Under the pieces are notes generated by a model. It saw nothing but the letters and a program-made list of their open reading frames with translations. It was not told the origin of the DNA and did no database searches. From Chloroflexota bacterium (GTDB lineage Bacteria > Chloroflexota > UBA5177), in assembly GCA_025966365.1 (NCBI GenBank), contig JAICWV010000001.1, forward strand, positions 911 through 64,910: DNA of 64,000 nt. Reading direction: 5' to 3'. Position 1 is the first letter of the stretch, and each line of letters opens with the position of its first letter. Positions 1 to 12,730 of the stretch are shown piece after piece. Both the position numbers and the translations under genes were made by a program.

Positions 1-1
1 G

Positions 2-291
2 CGCGAGCGGTCGGGGCTGGAGCAGAGCTCCCTCTCCCGGCTGGTGGATGGACTGGCCAGACGCGGCCTCATCGTGCTCCGGGCCGGCGCCGACCGGCGC
101 GTGCGTATCGCCTCCATCACCAATACCGGACGCGATCTACTCCAGACCACGCCCGGCGCGTCCGAGCTCGGCGGCGAGATCATGGTCGCCGGGCTCAGTC
201 TGAGTGAGCAGCAGGAATTGATCCGACTCCTGCGGCGCTGTAGCGATAATTTGACCGAACGGGACGGGACGCGGCTCCCGGCCGCGGAGCG

Positions 292-295
<4 letters not shown>
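2..295 (+). CDS. MarR-family transcriptional regulator, 5'-truncated at the window edge
   Basis: In-frame translation from the window start reads ...SRLVDGLARRGLIVLRAGADRRVRIASITNTGRDLL, a MarR winged-helix pattern (DRRV...LT..G). The stop overlaps the acnA start as ATGA. Confidence 0.6.
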
Positions 296-3029
<2,734 letters not shown>

Positions 3030-3033
<4 letters not shown>

Positions 3034-4079
3034 CCCTCACCCCCCTATACCCGATTCCCGTTACTATCCTCACCGGCTTTCTGGGCGCCGGGAAGACCAC
3101 GCTGCTGAACCGGATCCTGCGCGGGAATCATGGGCGGCGGATCGGGGTGCTTGTCAACGACTTCGGTGCGGTGAATATCGACGCGAAGCTGGTGGATTCG
3201 GTGGCGGATGGCGGCCAGGGGATCAACCTCTCCAACGGCTGCATTTGCTGCTCCATGCAGGGCGACCTGGTGACCAGCACCCTCACGATGCTCACCGGTC
3301 CCAACCCACCGGAGCAGATCGTGATCGAGGCCAGCGGTATCTCCGATCCCTTCGGGGTGGCCGGCGCCTTCCGCACCTCGCAGCTCCGCGACCGGACCCG
3401 GCTGGACGGGGTGGTGGCGCTGGTGGATGCCGAGAACGCGCGGAGCCGGTTCCTCGACCGTCAGCTGGTCGAGGATCAGATCCGGGCGGCGGACATCGTC
3501 CTCCTGAACAAGGCCGATCTGGTTGGAAGGGAGAGGCTGCTGGAGCTGGAGTTCTGGATCCGCGATCTCGTTCCGCGGGCGCGGGTGATCCCGACCATCC
3601 GGGCAGATGTCCCGCTCGATCTGCTGCTCGACGTGGGCGGTGCGACATCCTCCTCCGCTCACGATCACGCCCCCCACGATATCGCCCAGTTCACCACCCT
3701 CAGCTATGGGTCCGGGTGCCGGCTGGCCTATCGCAAGGTGCAGGCGGCGCTGGAGTCACTGCCTCTGGATGTCTTCCGGGCCAAGGGCACGCTCTATCTC
3801 GCCGATGCCCCCAACCTGCGTTTTGTCGCGCAAATGGTGGGCCGCCGCGTCAGCATCGACGTCGACCGACCCTGGGGCGAGGAGACGGCACGCACCGAGA
3901 TCGTCGTCATTGGTGCGCCCGGCAGCCTCACCGCCGAGGACGTCACCGCCCGCTTCGACGCCTGCATTACCGACGCCATTCCCATCATGGCCAATGAGCC
4001 GTTCCAGCGAATGCGGACACACCACAAGAAGGCCCGTGCTCTCCTGGCCAGTACTCACAGCACGGGAGAGACCTTCTAA
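3030..4079 (+). CDS. CobW/COG0523-family G3E GTPase (putative zinc metallochaperone)
   Basis: P-loop GFLGAGKTTLLN, a GCICCS metal-binding CxCC motif and NKADL. ATGA overlap with the acnA stop. Confidence 0.85.
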
Positions 4080-4168
4080 GGGGTATCGGCGGGGATCGGC
4101 GCCGATGTATACTTCCACTTCGCGGCAACCGGACGTTTACTACCCGTCCCGCGTAGCCAGGAGGAGAC

Positions 4169-5425
4169 TTGATGCAGGATCATGCGGCTGAAAGCGAGAG
4201 AGCGGCCCGGCTGCAGCTTGCGCAGGTCCTGCTCCATGCCGGCAACAATGCCGGCGCGCTGGAGCAGTTCGCCGCCGTCCTGGGTCAGAATCCGACCGAT
4301 ACTGATGCGTTGGCCGGGGCGGCGATGTGCTGCGATGCGCTTGGGGACAGCCGGCGGGCGGCGGAATATCGACGCATCCTGAGCGCGCTCGGCACTTCGG
4401 CACCAGATGACACGATGAAAGCGTCGGCCGAGAGCAGCGAGCTGGGGGACGAAGTAATTCCGCCCGCTGAATCTCCGCCGCAGCTCGACACATCATGGCT
4501 GCGGCCGCGACTTCGGATGGTGCCCGAACCAGAACCGGGGGACAGTGTGCCGGCAGCAGAGGTCTCCGTGACCACCCTGGAGGATGTCGCCGGCATGGAG
4601 GCGGTCAAGCGGCGGCTCAACACCGCCTTTCTCGGGCCGCTGCGCAACCCCGAGTTGCGTTCGCTCTACGGGAAGTCGCTCCGCGGCGGCCTGCTCCTTT
4701 TCGGGCCGCCGGGGTGCGGCAAGACCTTTCTGGCCCGAGCGACCGCCGGTGAGCTAGGAGCGAAGTTCATCTCCGTCGGCCTTTTCGACGTGCTGGACAT
4801 GTGGCTGGGCGAAAGCGAACGGCACATTCACGAGATCTTCGAGTCGGTGCGGCGCAGCGCGCCGGCCGTCCTCTTCTTCGACGAGATTGACGGGCTTGGC
4901 CGCAAGCGCAGCCAGTTGAAGTACAGCGGCGGGAGAACCCTGGTCAATCAGCTCCTCGCCGAGCTCGACGGCGTGGACGCAGCGAACGACGGGATCTTTG
5001 TCCTGGGCGCCTCGAACTCTCCCTGGGACGTCGACCCGGCTCTGCTTCGCCCCGGGCGGTTTGACCGACTCATCCTCGTACTGCCCCCTGATGAGAAAGC
5101 ACGTGCGGCAATCCTGCGTCTGCATCTGCGCGGCCGTCCCGCCGATGACGTGGATGTCCCCTGGATCGCAGCCAGGACGCCGGGCTTCTCCGGAGCCGAT
5201 CTCGCTCACCTCTGTGAGTCGGCCGCGGAGATCGCGATGGAGGCATCGCTGGCCGCCGCGAAGATCCGCCCCATCACAACAACCGACTTCAAGACCTGCC
5301 TGCGCGACCTCAAGCCGAGCACGCGCCAGTGGTTCGAAACGGCGCGCAACTACGTTATGTTCGCCAATGAAGGCGGCCAGTACGACGAGCTCCTCGCCTA
5401 CATGCGCACGAACAAGCTGCTCTGA
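4169..5425 (+). CDS. AAA+ ATPase with N-terminal TPR-like domain
   Basis: Walker A GPPGCGKTF and Walker B LFFDEID, with an SRH-type AAA module (SpoVK/Vps4-like class). N-terminal helical TPR-like repeats. Confidence 0.8.
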   Translation: MMQDHAAESERAARLQLAQVLLHAGNNAGALEQFAAVLGQNPTDTDALAGAAMCCDALGDSRRAAEYRRILSALGTSAPDDTMKASAESSELGDEVIPPAESPPQLDTSWLRPRLRMVPEPEPGDSVPAAEVSVTTLEDVAGMEAVKRRLNTAFLGPLRNPELRSLYGKSLRGGLLLFGPPGCGKTFLARATAGELGAKFISVGLFDVLDMWLGESERHIHEIFESVRRSAPAVLFFDEIDGLGRKRSQLKYSGGRTLVNQLLAELDGVDAANDGIFVLGASNSPWDVDPALLRPGRFDRLILVLPPDEKARAAILRLHLRGRPADDVDVPWIAARTPGFSGADLAHLCESAAEIAMEASLAAAKIRPITTTDFKTCLRDLKPSTRQWFETARNYVMFANEGGQYDELLAYMRTNKLL

Positions 5426-5449
5426 GGCCACACGATAACGGTCGAACTG

Positions 5450-6409
5450 GTGGACAACGAGACGAGCCGAGCAAGAGCCCTTCTGGATAGGGGTCGGTTT
5501 ACCGAAGCTGCATCGCTGCTGCGTCGCGCCATTGCGTCGGATCCCGCCGATACAAGCCTGCGCTGCTTCTATGCCATGGCGCTGCTGGGGGCCGGCGCCA
5601 CCGGGGAAGCGAGGAAAGCGGCAGAAGAGGCGGTGGCAACCGACCCGGAGTCCGAATGGCCATACCGGGTGCTCGCCGTGGTGCTCATTCGCTGCGGAAA
5701 GACCCGCGGGGCGCTCGCTGCCGCGCAACAGGCGGTGCAGCTGGGCCCGGCTGTGCCGGCCGCGCAGCTCGTCCTTGGGCAGGCTCAGCTGGCGGCAAAG
5801 AAGAAGCGTGGGGCACACGAGACGGCACTGCGATTGCGCGAGATGGCGCCCGATTTTGTCCACTCACACACACTCCTGGGCGATGTCGAGCGCACGTGCA
5901 AGAGGCCAGAGGCGGCGGCCGAGCACTATCGCGAGGCGCTTCGCCTCGAACCTACCTCCGAAGAGGTGCTGATCAGCCTTGGAGTCGTGCTGCTCAGAAG
6001 CGGCCACACCCAGGAAGCGATCGACCGCTTCCATGACGCGTTGCGAATCAATCCGGCCAGTACGGTCGCCCAGCGAGATCTCGAGATTGCAGTGATGCAG
6101 CACGTCAATCCGATCTGGCTACGCCGCCTCTACCGACGGCCTATCGCCCTCCTTCTCTGGATCGTGCCGCCGCTCCGCTTGATCTCCGGCTCGATCTTGT
6201 TGATCAACATACTCGTGAATCGGCTTCACCGCGGCCAGAAGCTTCAAGGCCAGCATCCCGCCGTCGAAATGTTCTTCCGCCGCGGCGCGCGTGGCCGCTT
6301 GTGGCGGACGCGCAGCCGCTTTGGCAAGGTGATCATCGTCTCGATGGGAACCCTGTTAGCCGTTCTCGGGATCATGATCTTCCTGACCGCGGTCGTGAAC
6401 ATACTCTGA
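5450..6409 (+). CDS. TPR-repeat protein with C-terminal transmembrane helices
   Basis: Several 34-residue TPR-like repeats (A..AL..P.....L), then two hydrophobic helices (LLLWIVPPLRLISGSILLINILV, IIVSMGTLLAVLGIMIFLTAVV). GTG start. Confidence 0.55.
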   Translation: MDNETSRARALLDRGRFTEAASLLRRAIASDPADTSLRCFYAMALLGAGATGEARKAAEEAVATDPESEWPYRVLAVVLIRCGKTRGALAAAQQAVQLGPAVPAAQLVLGQAQLAAKKKRGAHETALRLREMAPDFVHSHTLLGDVERTCKRPEAAAEHYREALRLEPTSEEVLISLGVVLLRSGHTQEAIDRFHDALRINPASTVAQRDLEIAVMQHVNPIWLRRLYRRPIALLLWIVPPLRLISGSILLINILVNRLHRGQKLQGQHPAVEMFFRRGARGRLWRTRSRFGKVIIVSMGTLLAVLGIMIFLTAVVNIL

Positions 6410-6610
6410 GCTCGATCCAGTCAGCCCTTCCCGGTGCCTCCAACGGGAAACACGTCGACCTGGTGAACCAGCTGCTGCGCGTAGGGCACCCCTTCCACCT
6501 CCGAATACTCTCCGTCCATGGTGTAGGTTTTTGCACCCGGTACAACGACCGCAGCGAAATAATCGCGGGCCACGGTCATGGCGGTAGCGGTGCTCCAGCA
6601 TGCACCCCCT

Positions 6611-7408
6611 TCACACCTCGGGGAGAAACACTCGCCCTTCCATGTACAACACGGCATGGCCTGCAATGGCGACACGATCGCCCAGCAGCTCACACCAGAG
6701 CTCGCCGCCGCGCGCCGAAAGCTGGCGGGCGTGGAGGGCGGTCTTTCCCAGCCGTGACGCCCAGTACGGCGTCAGGGCGGAATGAAGGGAACCTGTCACC
6801 GGGTCTTCCGGGATGCCGAGGCTGGGCACGAAGAAGCGCGACACGAAGTCTACCCCGTTGCCGGGCGCAGTGACGGCAATGCCGCGAGTGGCAAGTTCCT
6901 CAAAACGCTCCAGACGGGGATGCAGGTCGCGCACCGCCGCCTCATCCTCATAGACGGCGATGTAATCCTCCCCGCCCTGCAGCACGCTTGACGGCTGTAT
7001 GCCGAGTCCGAGGAGCAGCGCCGCGGGCGGATCATCGTCCTCGACTGGCGGGTAGGAAGGGAAGTCCATCACCAAAAGGTCGCCCTCGCGGCGAACCTCC
7101 AGCCGCCCGCTGAGTGTGTCGAAGAGCACCTTCTCCCCGTTGTAGCCAAGCTGGGTGAAGAGAACAAAGGCGGAGGCCAGGGTGGCATGGCCGCAGAGCT
7201 TGACTTCCGCTCGCGGGGTGAACCAGCGCAGTTGATACTCGCCGTCCTCTCCCACGAAAAACGCCGTCTCGGCCAGGTTGTTCTCGGCTGCGATGGCCTG
7301 CATGATGCCGTCGTCGAGCCAGTCGGGAAGCGGGCAAACCGCAGCCGGGTTGCCCCGGAAGATCTCGGAGGCAAAGGCATCCACCTGGTAGAGGATTTCC
7401 GTTCTCAC
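6611..7408 (-). CDS. PhzF-family phenazine-biosynthesis-like isomerase
   Basis: 265 aa. N-terminus ILYQVDAFASEIFRGNPAAV and the overall PhzF/YddE pattern, with catalytic E in AETAF. Confidence 0.85.
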   Translation of the reverse strand: MRTEILYQVDAFASEIFRGNPAAVCPLPDWLDDGIMQAIAAENNLAETAFFVGEDGEYQLRWFTPRAEVKLCGHATLASAFVLFTQLGYNGEKVLFDTLSGRLEVRREGDLLVMDFPSYPPVEDDDPPAALLLGLGIQPSSVLQGGEDYIAVYEDEAAVRDLHPRLERFEELATRGIAVTAPGNGVDFVSRFFVPSLGIPEDPVTGSLHSALTPYWASRLGKTALHARQLSARGGELWCELLGDRVAIAGHAVLYMEGRVFLPEV

Positions 7409-7487
7409 CCTTTGAGCTTAGACGAAGCCGTCACCTGGCCCGAGGCTTGCATTGGGGGATAGCGATACCTCTGAATGGAGGCACTCT

Positions 7488-7721
7488 ATGGACACCGACC
7501 TCCGGGATATCGCCGATTGGTGCAAGCGCTGGCACGACGCGCGGGAGCGCTACCTCGAGGCGCTGAAAGAGCCGGGCTCCTCACCGGAACTTCAGGACCT
7601 GCGGAACTGGGAAGATCGATATCGCATCGCCTTCGAGAACGCCTTCCACTCCTACTATGGGCGCTTTCCGATCCCCGGTGAGGATTGTGCCGAGGGCCGG
7701 CTGGCGGTATCAGACGCATAG
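7488..7721 (+). CDS. hypothetical small protein (77 aa)
   Basis: Non-biased composition (W/E/R rich). GGAGG lies 8 nt upstream of the ATG. Sits alone between two minus-strand genes. Confidence 0.4.
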   Translation: MDTDLRDIADWCKRWHDARERYLEALKEPGSSPELQDLRNWEDRYRIAFENAFHSYYGRFPIPGEDCAEGRLAVSDA

Positions 7722-7730
7722 CTCGTCCGG

Positions 7731-8486
7731 CTAGGCGCAGAGGCTGAGGATTTCCGTTCCCTTGCCGGTGGCCATGACGGTGTGCTCGAACTGTGCCGCC
7801 GGGCGGCCGTCAACGGTGACCACCGTCCAGCCATCCCGTTCTACCCCCGTTCGCGCGCTGCCCGCCACCACGATGGGCTCGATGGTGAAGACCAGGCCCT
7901 CCTCGATCCGAGGACCGGTGCCGCGGCGCCCGACGGACGGAACCGAGGGCGGCTCCCAGAGACGCGATCCCAGACCGTGTCCGCCGTACTCGCTCAGCAG
8001 CTTGCAGCCCTGGCTCTCCACGTAGGCCTGCATGGCATCGCCGATATCCCCGATATGACCGCCCACCCGCACGGCCTCGATGCCTCGATGCATCGCCTCC
8101 CGAGCGACGGCCATGACGTGATCCCGGTCCCGGGAAAGCGTCTGCGCGCCGCCGACGCCGCAGGTCACGGTGGTGTCGCCACAATAGCCGTTCAGCCGGA
8201 TTCCGCAGTCGATCTTGAGCAGATCGCCGAATCGCAAGACCCGGTCACCAGGCACGCCATGCACGGCCTGGTCGTTGATTGAGGTGTTGATGGCCCCGGG
8301 AAAGCCGTTCTGGGTGGCAAAAACGGGCTCACCGCCCATGTTCCGGATCGCCCGTACCGCGTAGTTGTTCAGCGCACGGGTGGTGACACCCGGCTGGGCT
8401 CGCGCGGCGAGCTCCTGTAACAGGCACGCAGTCGCCTCGTTGGCTCGCCGCAGTCCACGCCGGTCGCGGTCACTGGTCGCTACCAT
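7731..8486 (-). CDS. map: methionine aminopeptidase type I
   Basis: Metal-binding residues of MAP-1 (D...D...H...E...E pattern; FTIEPIV, GHGLG-like). Start moved to the MVATSD Met. Confidence 0.9.
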   Translation of the reverse strand: MVATSDRDRRGLRRANEATACLLQELAARAQPGVTTRALNNYAVRAIRNMGGEPVFATQNGFPGAINTSINDQAVHGVPGDRVLRFGDLLKIDCGIRLNGYCGDTTVTCGVGGAQTLSRDRDHVMAVAREAMHRGIEAVRVGGHIGDIGDAMQAYVESQGCKLLSEYGGHGLGSRLWEPPSVPSVGRRGTGPRIEEGLVFTIEPIVVAGSARTGVERDGWTVVTVDGRPAAQFEHTVMATGKGTEILSLCA

Positions 8487-11400
8487 GATGCCCTCCTGGG
8501 TCTGAGGCAAGCACAAGGTCTGCCTCCACAGAATGTTCAGCCAGAGCCTTCTTCCAGGCCTCTCGATCCTTGCCCATATCCAGGCCGGTAATCGCCGTCA
8601 GGTGATGGTGCGCCTGCTCGGCCAGGAGTGCACGCGCGTCGTCAAGGTAGTCGATCAAGACGTCGATGCCTTCTTCCGCGCCACAGCGGGCCAGGGCCCG
8701 CGCCAGCATCAGCTCCAGCATCGCCTGCCGCTCCAGGAAGAAGTCGGGCTGGAATCCCTCTCGGGCTGCCTGATCTCGCAGGACGGAGAAAGAGTGCAGC
8801 CGCTGCAGCATGGGGATCGCACCCGGATGTCCCAGCTGCTCCGCACTCCAGGCCAGAGCTTCCACGTAATAGAAGATGCCGTCGCGCCGGTCACGCACCC
8901 CCGCCTCTGTCGGCTCCAGTAGATGCGCGACCCGCTCCCAGACGGGCAGCGCCCGCTCGTCGTGCAGCATGCCGAGACTGTAGAGAAGGTAGACCAGGTC
9001 GGGCATGGCGCCCTGGTCGGGCGGATAGCCGGCGTGCCGAATGGTGTTGTCGCGCTGCGGTAGCCGGCCCCCCTGCAGAAGACGGCCGATCTCCTCGATC
9101 AGGATTGGCGCCGACGACCGCTCGCCGTGCATCGCCAACGCTTGCGCCAGATGAATCCGCCGCAGCCCGGCCGCACCCCGGAGCGCTCCCTCCAGGAGTG
9201 GGACGATCTCCGGTCCGGCAGTGGCCGCCTCCACTATGGGAATCGTTCCCTCATATATCTCACCCATCTCCATGTTGGAGTAGTCGTACAGCGGGCGGGT
9301 GCCGTCGATTGCATCCACCAGTCCCTGCAGATCCGGCCGCTCCTCAGCGGGTTCCTCCACCGGGACTCCTTCCGGCAGCACGCCTTCACGTCGCAGCCGA
9401 TCCTGCAGCTCAGCCACGTCGATCTGGCGCGGCTCCAGACCGGCGCGGACGGCCTGGACCGCGGCCAGCGCGGCCACGCCGCCAAGACTCTCCATGTCGG
9501 CCTGCATGCGGATGGCAGGGAGCGCATCGTGCGTGGCGGAGATGGCCTTCCCGGCCACGATCAGTCCCTCGAGGTTCCGGGGCAGCAGCATGCGGTAGGG
9601 AATCTCGATCTCCAGGTTGGGTGGAATCAGGCCCATACGCACCCAGGGAGAGGTACTGACACCCTTGACGTCATGGTTGCTGTAGTGGACGGTGACCGTG
9701 TCCGGCCAGTGACGGCGCCGAAGCTGATCGGTGTGCGTCATCACCACCTCGCCCACGATGTGCCGGGTTTCTCTTGGAGCCAGATAGACGCCGTGATCGT
9801 GAACGTTGCTGCCGCGCCGGCGTCCCGCCAGGATGGCCCGTGTGTAGTCCTCGATATTGGTCACGTCGCACATGCTGGTGAAGTTGTTGCGGGTCCGGCC
9901 GGGCGTGGTGAACTGCCCCAGGGAAAACCACATGACGGTGTGATCGCATTCAGCTCCGTAGACCGTGGGGACGCCGGCAAAGGCGGCAATATCGGCATCG
10001 CCGGTGGCGTCGATTGTCATCGACGCCCGTACCGCCGCCGGCCCCCACGGTGTTGCCGCCACCGCGCCGCGCACCCGGTTTCCTTCGACCAACGCGCCGA
10101 TGCTGACACAGCGAAAGTAGACATGCGCGCCCGCCCGCTCGGCATCTGATACAAGCGCGTACATCTTGGCCTCGATGTTCCACGGAGCGCGCGAATAGCC
10201 CAGCTTCCCTTGCTCCTCCTCGGTTCGCCGCTGGACACCGGCAGAGAAGCCGACGTGCCGGCCGTACCAGTAGGAGTTCACCCCGCCCAGCGTGCCGGTG
10301 CCGCCCAGTCCGGAGTTCATGTCCAACAGGACGGTCTCCACGCCCTCACCGGCAGCGGTAATGGTGGCGGTGGCGCCGCTGGTGCCGCCGCCAACCACCA
10401 GCACGTCGCAGGCGGCCAGCGTCGGTAAGGGCTGCGGCAATACGGAGACGCGGGGATAATCCCGACCCCGCTGCGGAGCCTCAGGCTCGGTAAGGTGTAG
10501 GGGCGATTTGCAATCGCTCTCCGGCCCGCAGGCCCGCTGTTCGTACCGCCATCCGACGTCTCTACCGTCGTCCAGAACCGGGTCTGCACGGCCCTCCATG
10601 GCATGGGGTGCCTGAACCGAAGCCGCCGTGCGCGGCTGGCGATTGCAAATCGCCCCTCCTGCCCCGACAATTTGTGCGGCGAGGCCACATCCGGATTTGG
10701 CTGCCCCATGAGGATCTCCATACCAGGCGGCGAGGGGCCAGAGACCGGGAACAGGGTCCTGTTCCTCAAGAAGCGGGGGAGCCTGGGGGCCGAACAACTC
10801 CAGGGAAGCGCTGCCAAGAACCGCGTCGTGGAACGGCTGCTCATTGGCGATCAGGTGAGCCGCCAGGGCCATTCCCACGTGCCGGCCGGCGACCTCTCGT
10901 GCCATATAACCATCCGGGCCGTCGTCGAAGGGAAGATCGAGGGCGAATTCCACCAGGACGTGCGCCGGGCCACGATATCCGGCGTGCGTCTCCACCTTCG
11001 AATCCACGATGCTCAGCCATGGGGGGACCTGGAACTGTCGTTCCACCACACCTCGTACCCCGTCAAACTCCAGGCTTCGGCGGTAGCGTGCTGCTCCCCG
11101 ACGCTCGAAGCGTCCGCCAGCAAGCCGGGAGACGAGAGCGGTGTCGGTAGCGTCCACGATATGCGGCGCTTCGATCACCTGACGACCCGATTTGTTGCCG
11201 ATGACCAGCACGCCCGGCTCCATTCCCACAGCTGTGGACGCGTACAACAGTGGGACCTCTGCCTCGAGCAAGAGATCTTCCAGTGCCAGCTTCAGAGCGC
11301 CCATGGGGAAGGCGATCTCGTTGCCGGCATCCACGATCTCCAGTCGCCGCAGCATCTCTCCCCAGAACGGCCCGCGGTCGGTTGAGGTTGCCAGCCAGGG

Positions 11401-11592
11401 GCGGAGGGTCGCCGTCATGTCGGAGCCGAGATAGGTCCGAGACTCGACCAGCACCACGCGGCGTCCGGCCCGCGCCAGGGTGAGAGCGGCAGCGACGCCC
11501 GCGATGGAGCCGCCGGCCACGGTCACGTCCCCCGATCGGAGAACCGGAAGCGATCGTGCCGGGAAATGGGCCGCTACATCCATCCGCGCCAC
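8470..11592 (-). CDS. large FAD-dependent oxidoreductase (two tandem FAD-binding domains) with C-terminal HEAT-like repeats
   Basis: Two Rossmann GxGxxG sites (VAGGSIAGVAAA; VVGGGTSGATATITAA) in PF12831-like domains. C-terminus has HEAT/PBS-lyase-like helical repeats. 1040 aa. Confidence 0.7.
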   Translation of the reverse strand: MARMDVAAHFPARSLPVLRSGDVTVAGGSIAGVAAALTLARAGRRVVLVESRTYLGSDMTATLRPWLATSTDRGPFWGEMLRRLEIVDAGNEIAFPMGALKLALEDLLLEAEVPLLYASTAVGMEPGVLVIGNKSGRQVIEAPHIVDATDTALVSRLAGGRFERRGAARYRRSLEFDGVRGVVERQFQVPPWLSIVDSKVETHAGYRGPAHVLVEFALDLPFDDGPDGYMAREVAGRHVGMALAAHLIANEQPFHDAVLGSASLELFGPQAPPLLEEQDPVPGLWPLAAWYGDPHGAAKSGCGLAAQIVGAGGAICNRQPRTAASVQAPHAMEGRADPVLDDGRDVGWRYEQRACGPESDCKSPLHLTEPEAPQRGRDYPRVSVLPQPLPTLAACDVLVVGGGTSGATATITAAGEGVETVLLDMNSGLGGTGTLGGVNSYWYGRHVGFSAGVQRRTEEEQGKLGYSRAPWNIEAKMYALVSDAERAGAHVYFRCVSIGALVEGNRVRGAVAATPWGPAAVRASMTIDATGDADIAAFAGVPTVYGAECDHTVMWFSLGQFTTPGRTRNNFTSMCDVTNIEDYTRAILAGRRRGSNVHDHGVYLAPRETRHIVGEVVMTHTDQLRRRHWPDTVTVHYSNHDVKGVSTSPWVRMGLIPPNLEIEIPYRMLLPRNLEGLIVAGKAISATHDALPAIRMQADMESLGGVAALAAVQAVRAGLEPRQIDVAELQDRLRREGVLPEGVPVEEPAEERPDLQGLVDAIDGTRPLYDYSNMEMGEIYEGTIPIVEAATAGPEIVPLLEGALRGAAGLRRIHLAQALAMHGERSSAPILIEEIGRLLQGGRLPQRDNTIRHAGYPPDQGAMPDLVYLLYSLGMLHDERALPVWERVAHLLEPTEAGVRDRRDGIFYYVEALAWSAEQLGHPGAIPMLQRLHSFSVLRDQAAREGFQPDFFLERQAMLELMLARALARCGAEEGIDVLIDYLDDARALLAEQAHHHLTAITGLDMGKDREAWKKALAEHSVEADLVLASDPGGHHGSDQ

Positions 11593-12683
11593 CGGAAGAT
11601 GCCGAGGGTAACCGCGGCCACGGCCGCGATGAGAAGTATCATGGCGACAAAGCCGCCAACGGTGTGGGATGGGATGCCACTGAACGAGGGTCCGAAGAAC
11701 CCTTCGATGAAGGTCGCGGTAAAGAGCACGGTCGCCACCATGGTCAGCACCTTCATGGCAGCATTGGTCCGATGAGACTCGCGCGAGAGATAGATATCGA
11801 AGGTGGTATTGACCTCCTGGCGCGTCAAGTCCAGCCGATCGACCAGGCGGGTCAGACGTTCGTCCAGGCTCCGAAAATGCGGCTGCACCTCCTCTTCCGA
11901 GACGTAGAGAAAGTCGGGGCGCAGAAAGGCCTGAAAGACCGGGTGATGTTGCTGCACCACCTGACTGAGCGCGAAGACGAACCGCTTGAACTGCAGAAGC
12001 TCGGTTAAAAACTCCTCACCGCTATCGCGGAGCGCCCGGATTTGCATCTCTTCGATGTCGCCCTGGACTGCCTCATCCAGGGTCTCGAAGTATCCGAGCA
12101 GCTCCTCCAGGATGATGTACAGCATGAAGGCAGAGTCCAGCCGCACAAGGTCCGGATCGTGGGCGGCGCGGGAGAGGATCCCATCGTAAAACGGCATCGG
12201 CTGATGGTGAGCGCTGAGCAGAAAGTTCTTGCCCACCACCAGGTCCATCTCGCGTGCCTGGAGCCGCGGCCCGTTCGGATCGAGCTCGGCCAGGGTGACG
12301 GAGAGGTGGAAGCGGTCGTTGAGGATGGCGAGGCGAGGGCGGCTCCAGGCCGTCAACATCGACTCGATCACGTCGGGAAGCAAGCCGAGGTGGCGGCCAA
12401 GGGCCCGGATATCCTTTTCATCGAATTGTGCGATGTCGATCCAGACAAGATTCGATTCGACCGTAATAAGCTCGGACACCGAATCGATCTCGATCTGCCG
12501 GGGTGGGATATCAGGCTGGAACAGCCAGATGGTCGCGACAGTCTCTGCCTCTGCCTCGACCGGCAGCTCCTCGGCTACCATGGCATCCCCGGCGGCACTG
12601 AAGACGCGGTCGCGTGTCGCGGCCAGGTGAGGAGCGTCCTCCTCTCCCACCACGGTCGCCTGCGGCTCGATCTTCTCCGCCAT
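11574..12683 (-). CDS. CorA-family divalent-cation transporter homologue (GMN motif replaced by GPS)
   Basis: Soluble N-domain plus two C-terminal TM helices. The C-terminus aligns to CorA (LTMVATVLFTATFIEGFFGPSF vs LTIIATIFMPLTFIAGIYGMNF). Confidence 0.65.
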   Translation of the reverse strand: MAEKIEPQATVVGEEDAPHLAATRDRVFSAAGDAMVAEELPVEAEAETVATIWLFQPDIPPRQIEIDSVSELITVESNLVWIDIAQFDEKDIRALGRHLGLLPDVIESMLTAWSRPRLAILNDRFHLSVTLAELDPNGPRLQAREMDLVVGKNFLLSAHHQPMPFYDGILSRAAHDPDLVRLDSAFMLYIILEELLGYFETLDEAVQGDIEEMQIRALRDSGEEFLTELLQFKRFVFALSQVVQQHHPVFQAFLRPDFLYVSEEEVQPHFRSLDERLTRLVDRLDLTRQEVNTTFDIYLSRESHRTNAAMKVLTMVATVLFTATFIEGFFGPSFSGIPSHTVGGFVAMILLIAAVAAVTLGIFRWRGWM

Positions 12684-12730
12684 ACGGGCCCACCTCTCCC
12701 GTCCATACTACCCGCCTCCGGGGGAGAAGG

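Noticed and set aside
6421-6693. 90-aa minus-strand ORF in the convergent gap after the TPR membrane protein
   Set aside because: It overlaps the 3' end of the PhzF gene by ~80 nt and is Cys/Trp-odd. There is no SD or domain signal, so it is likely spurious.
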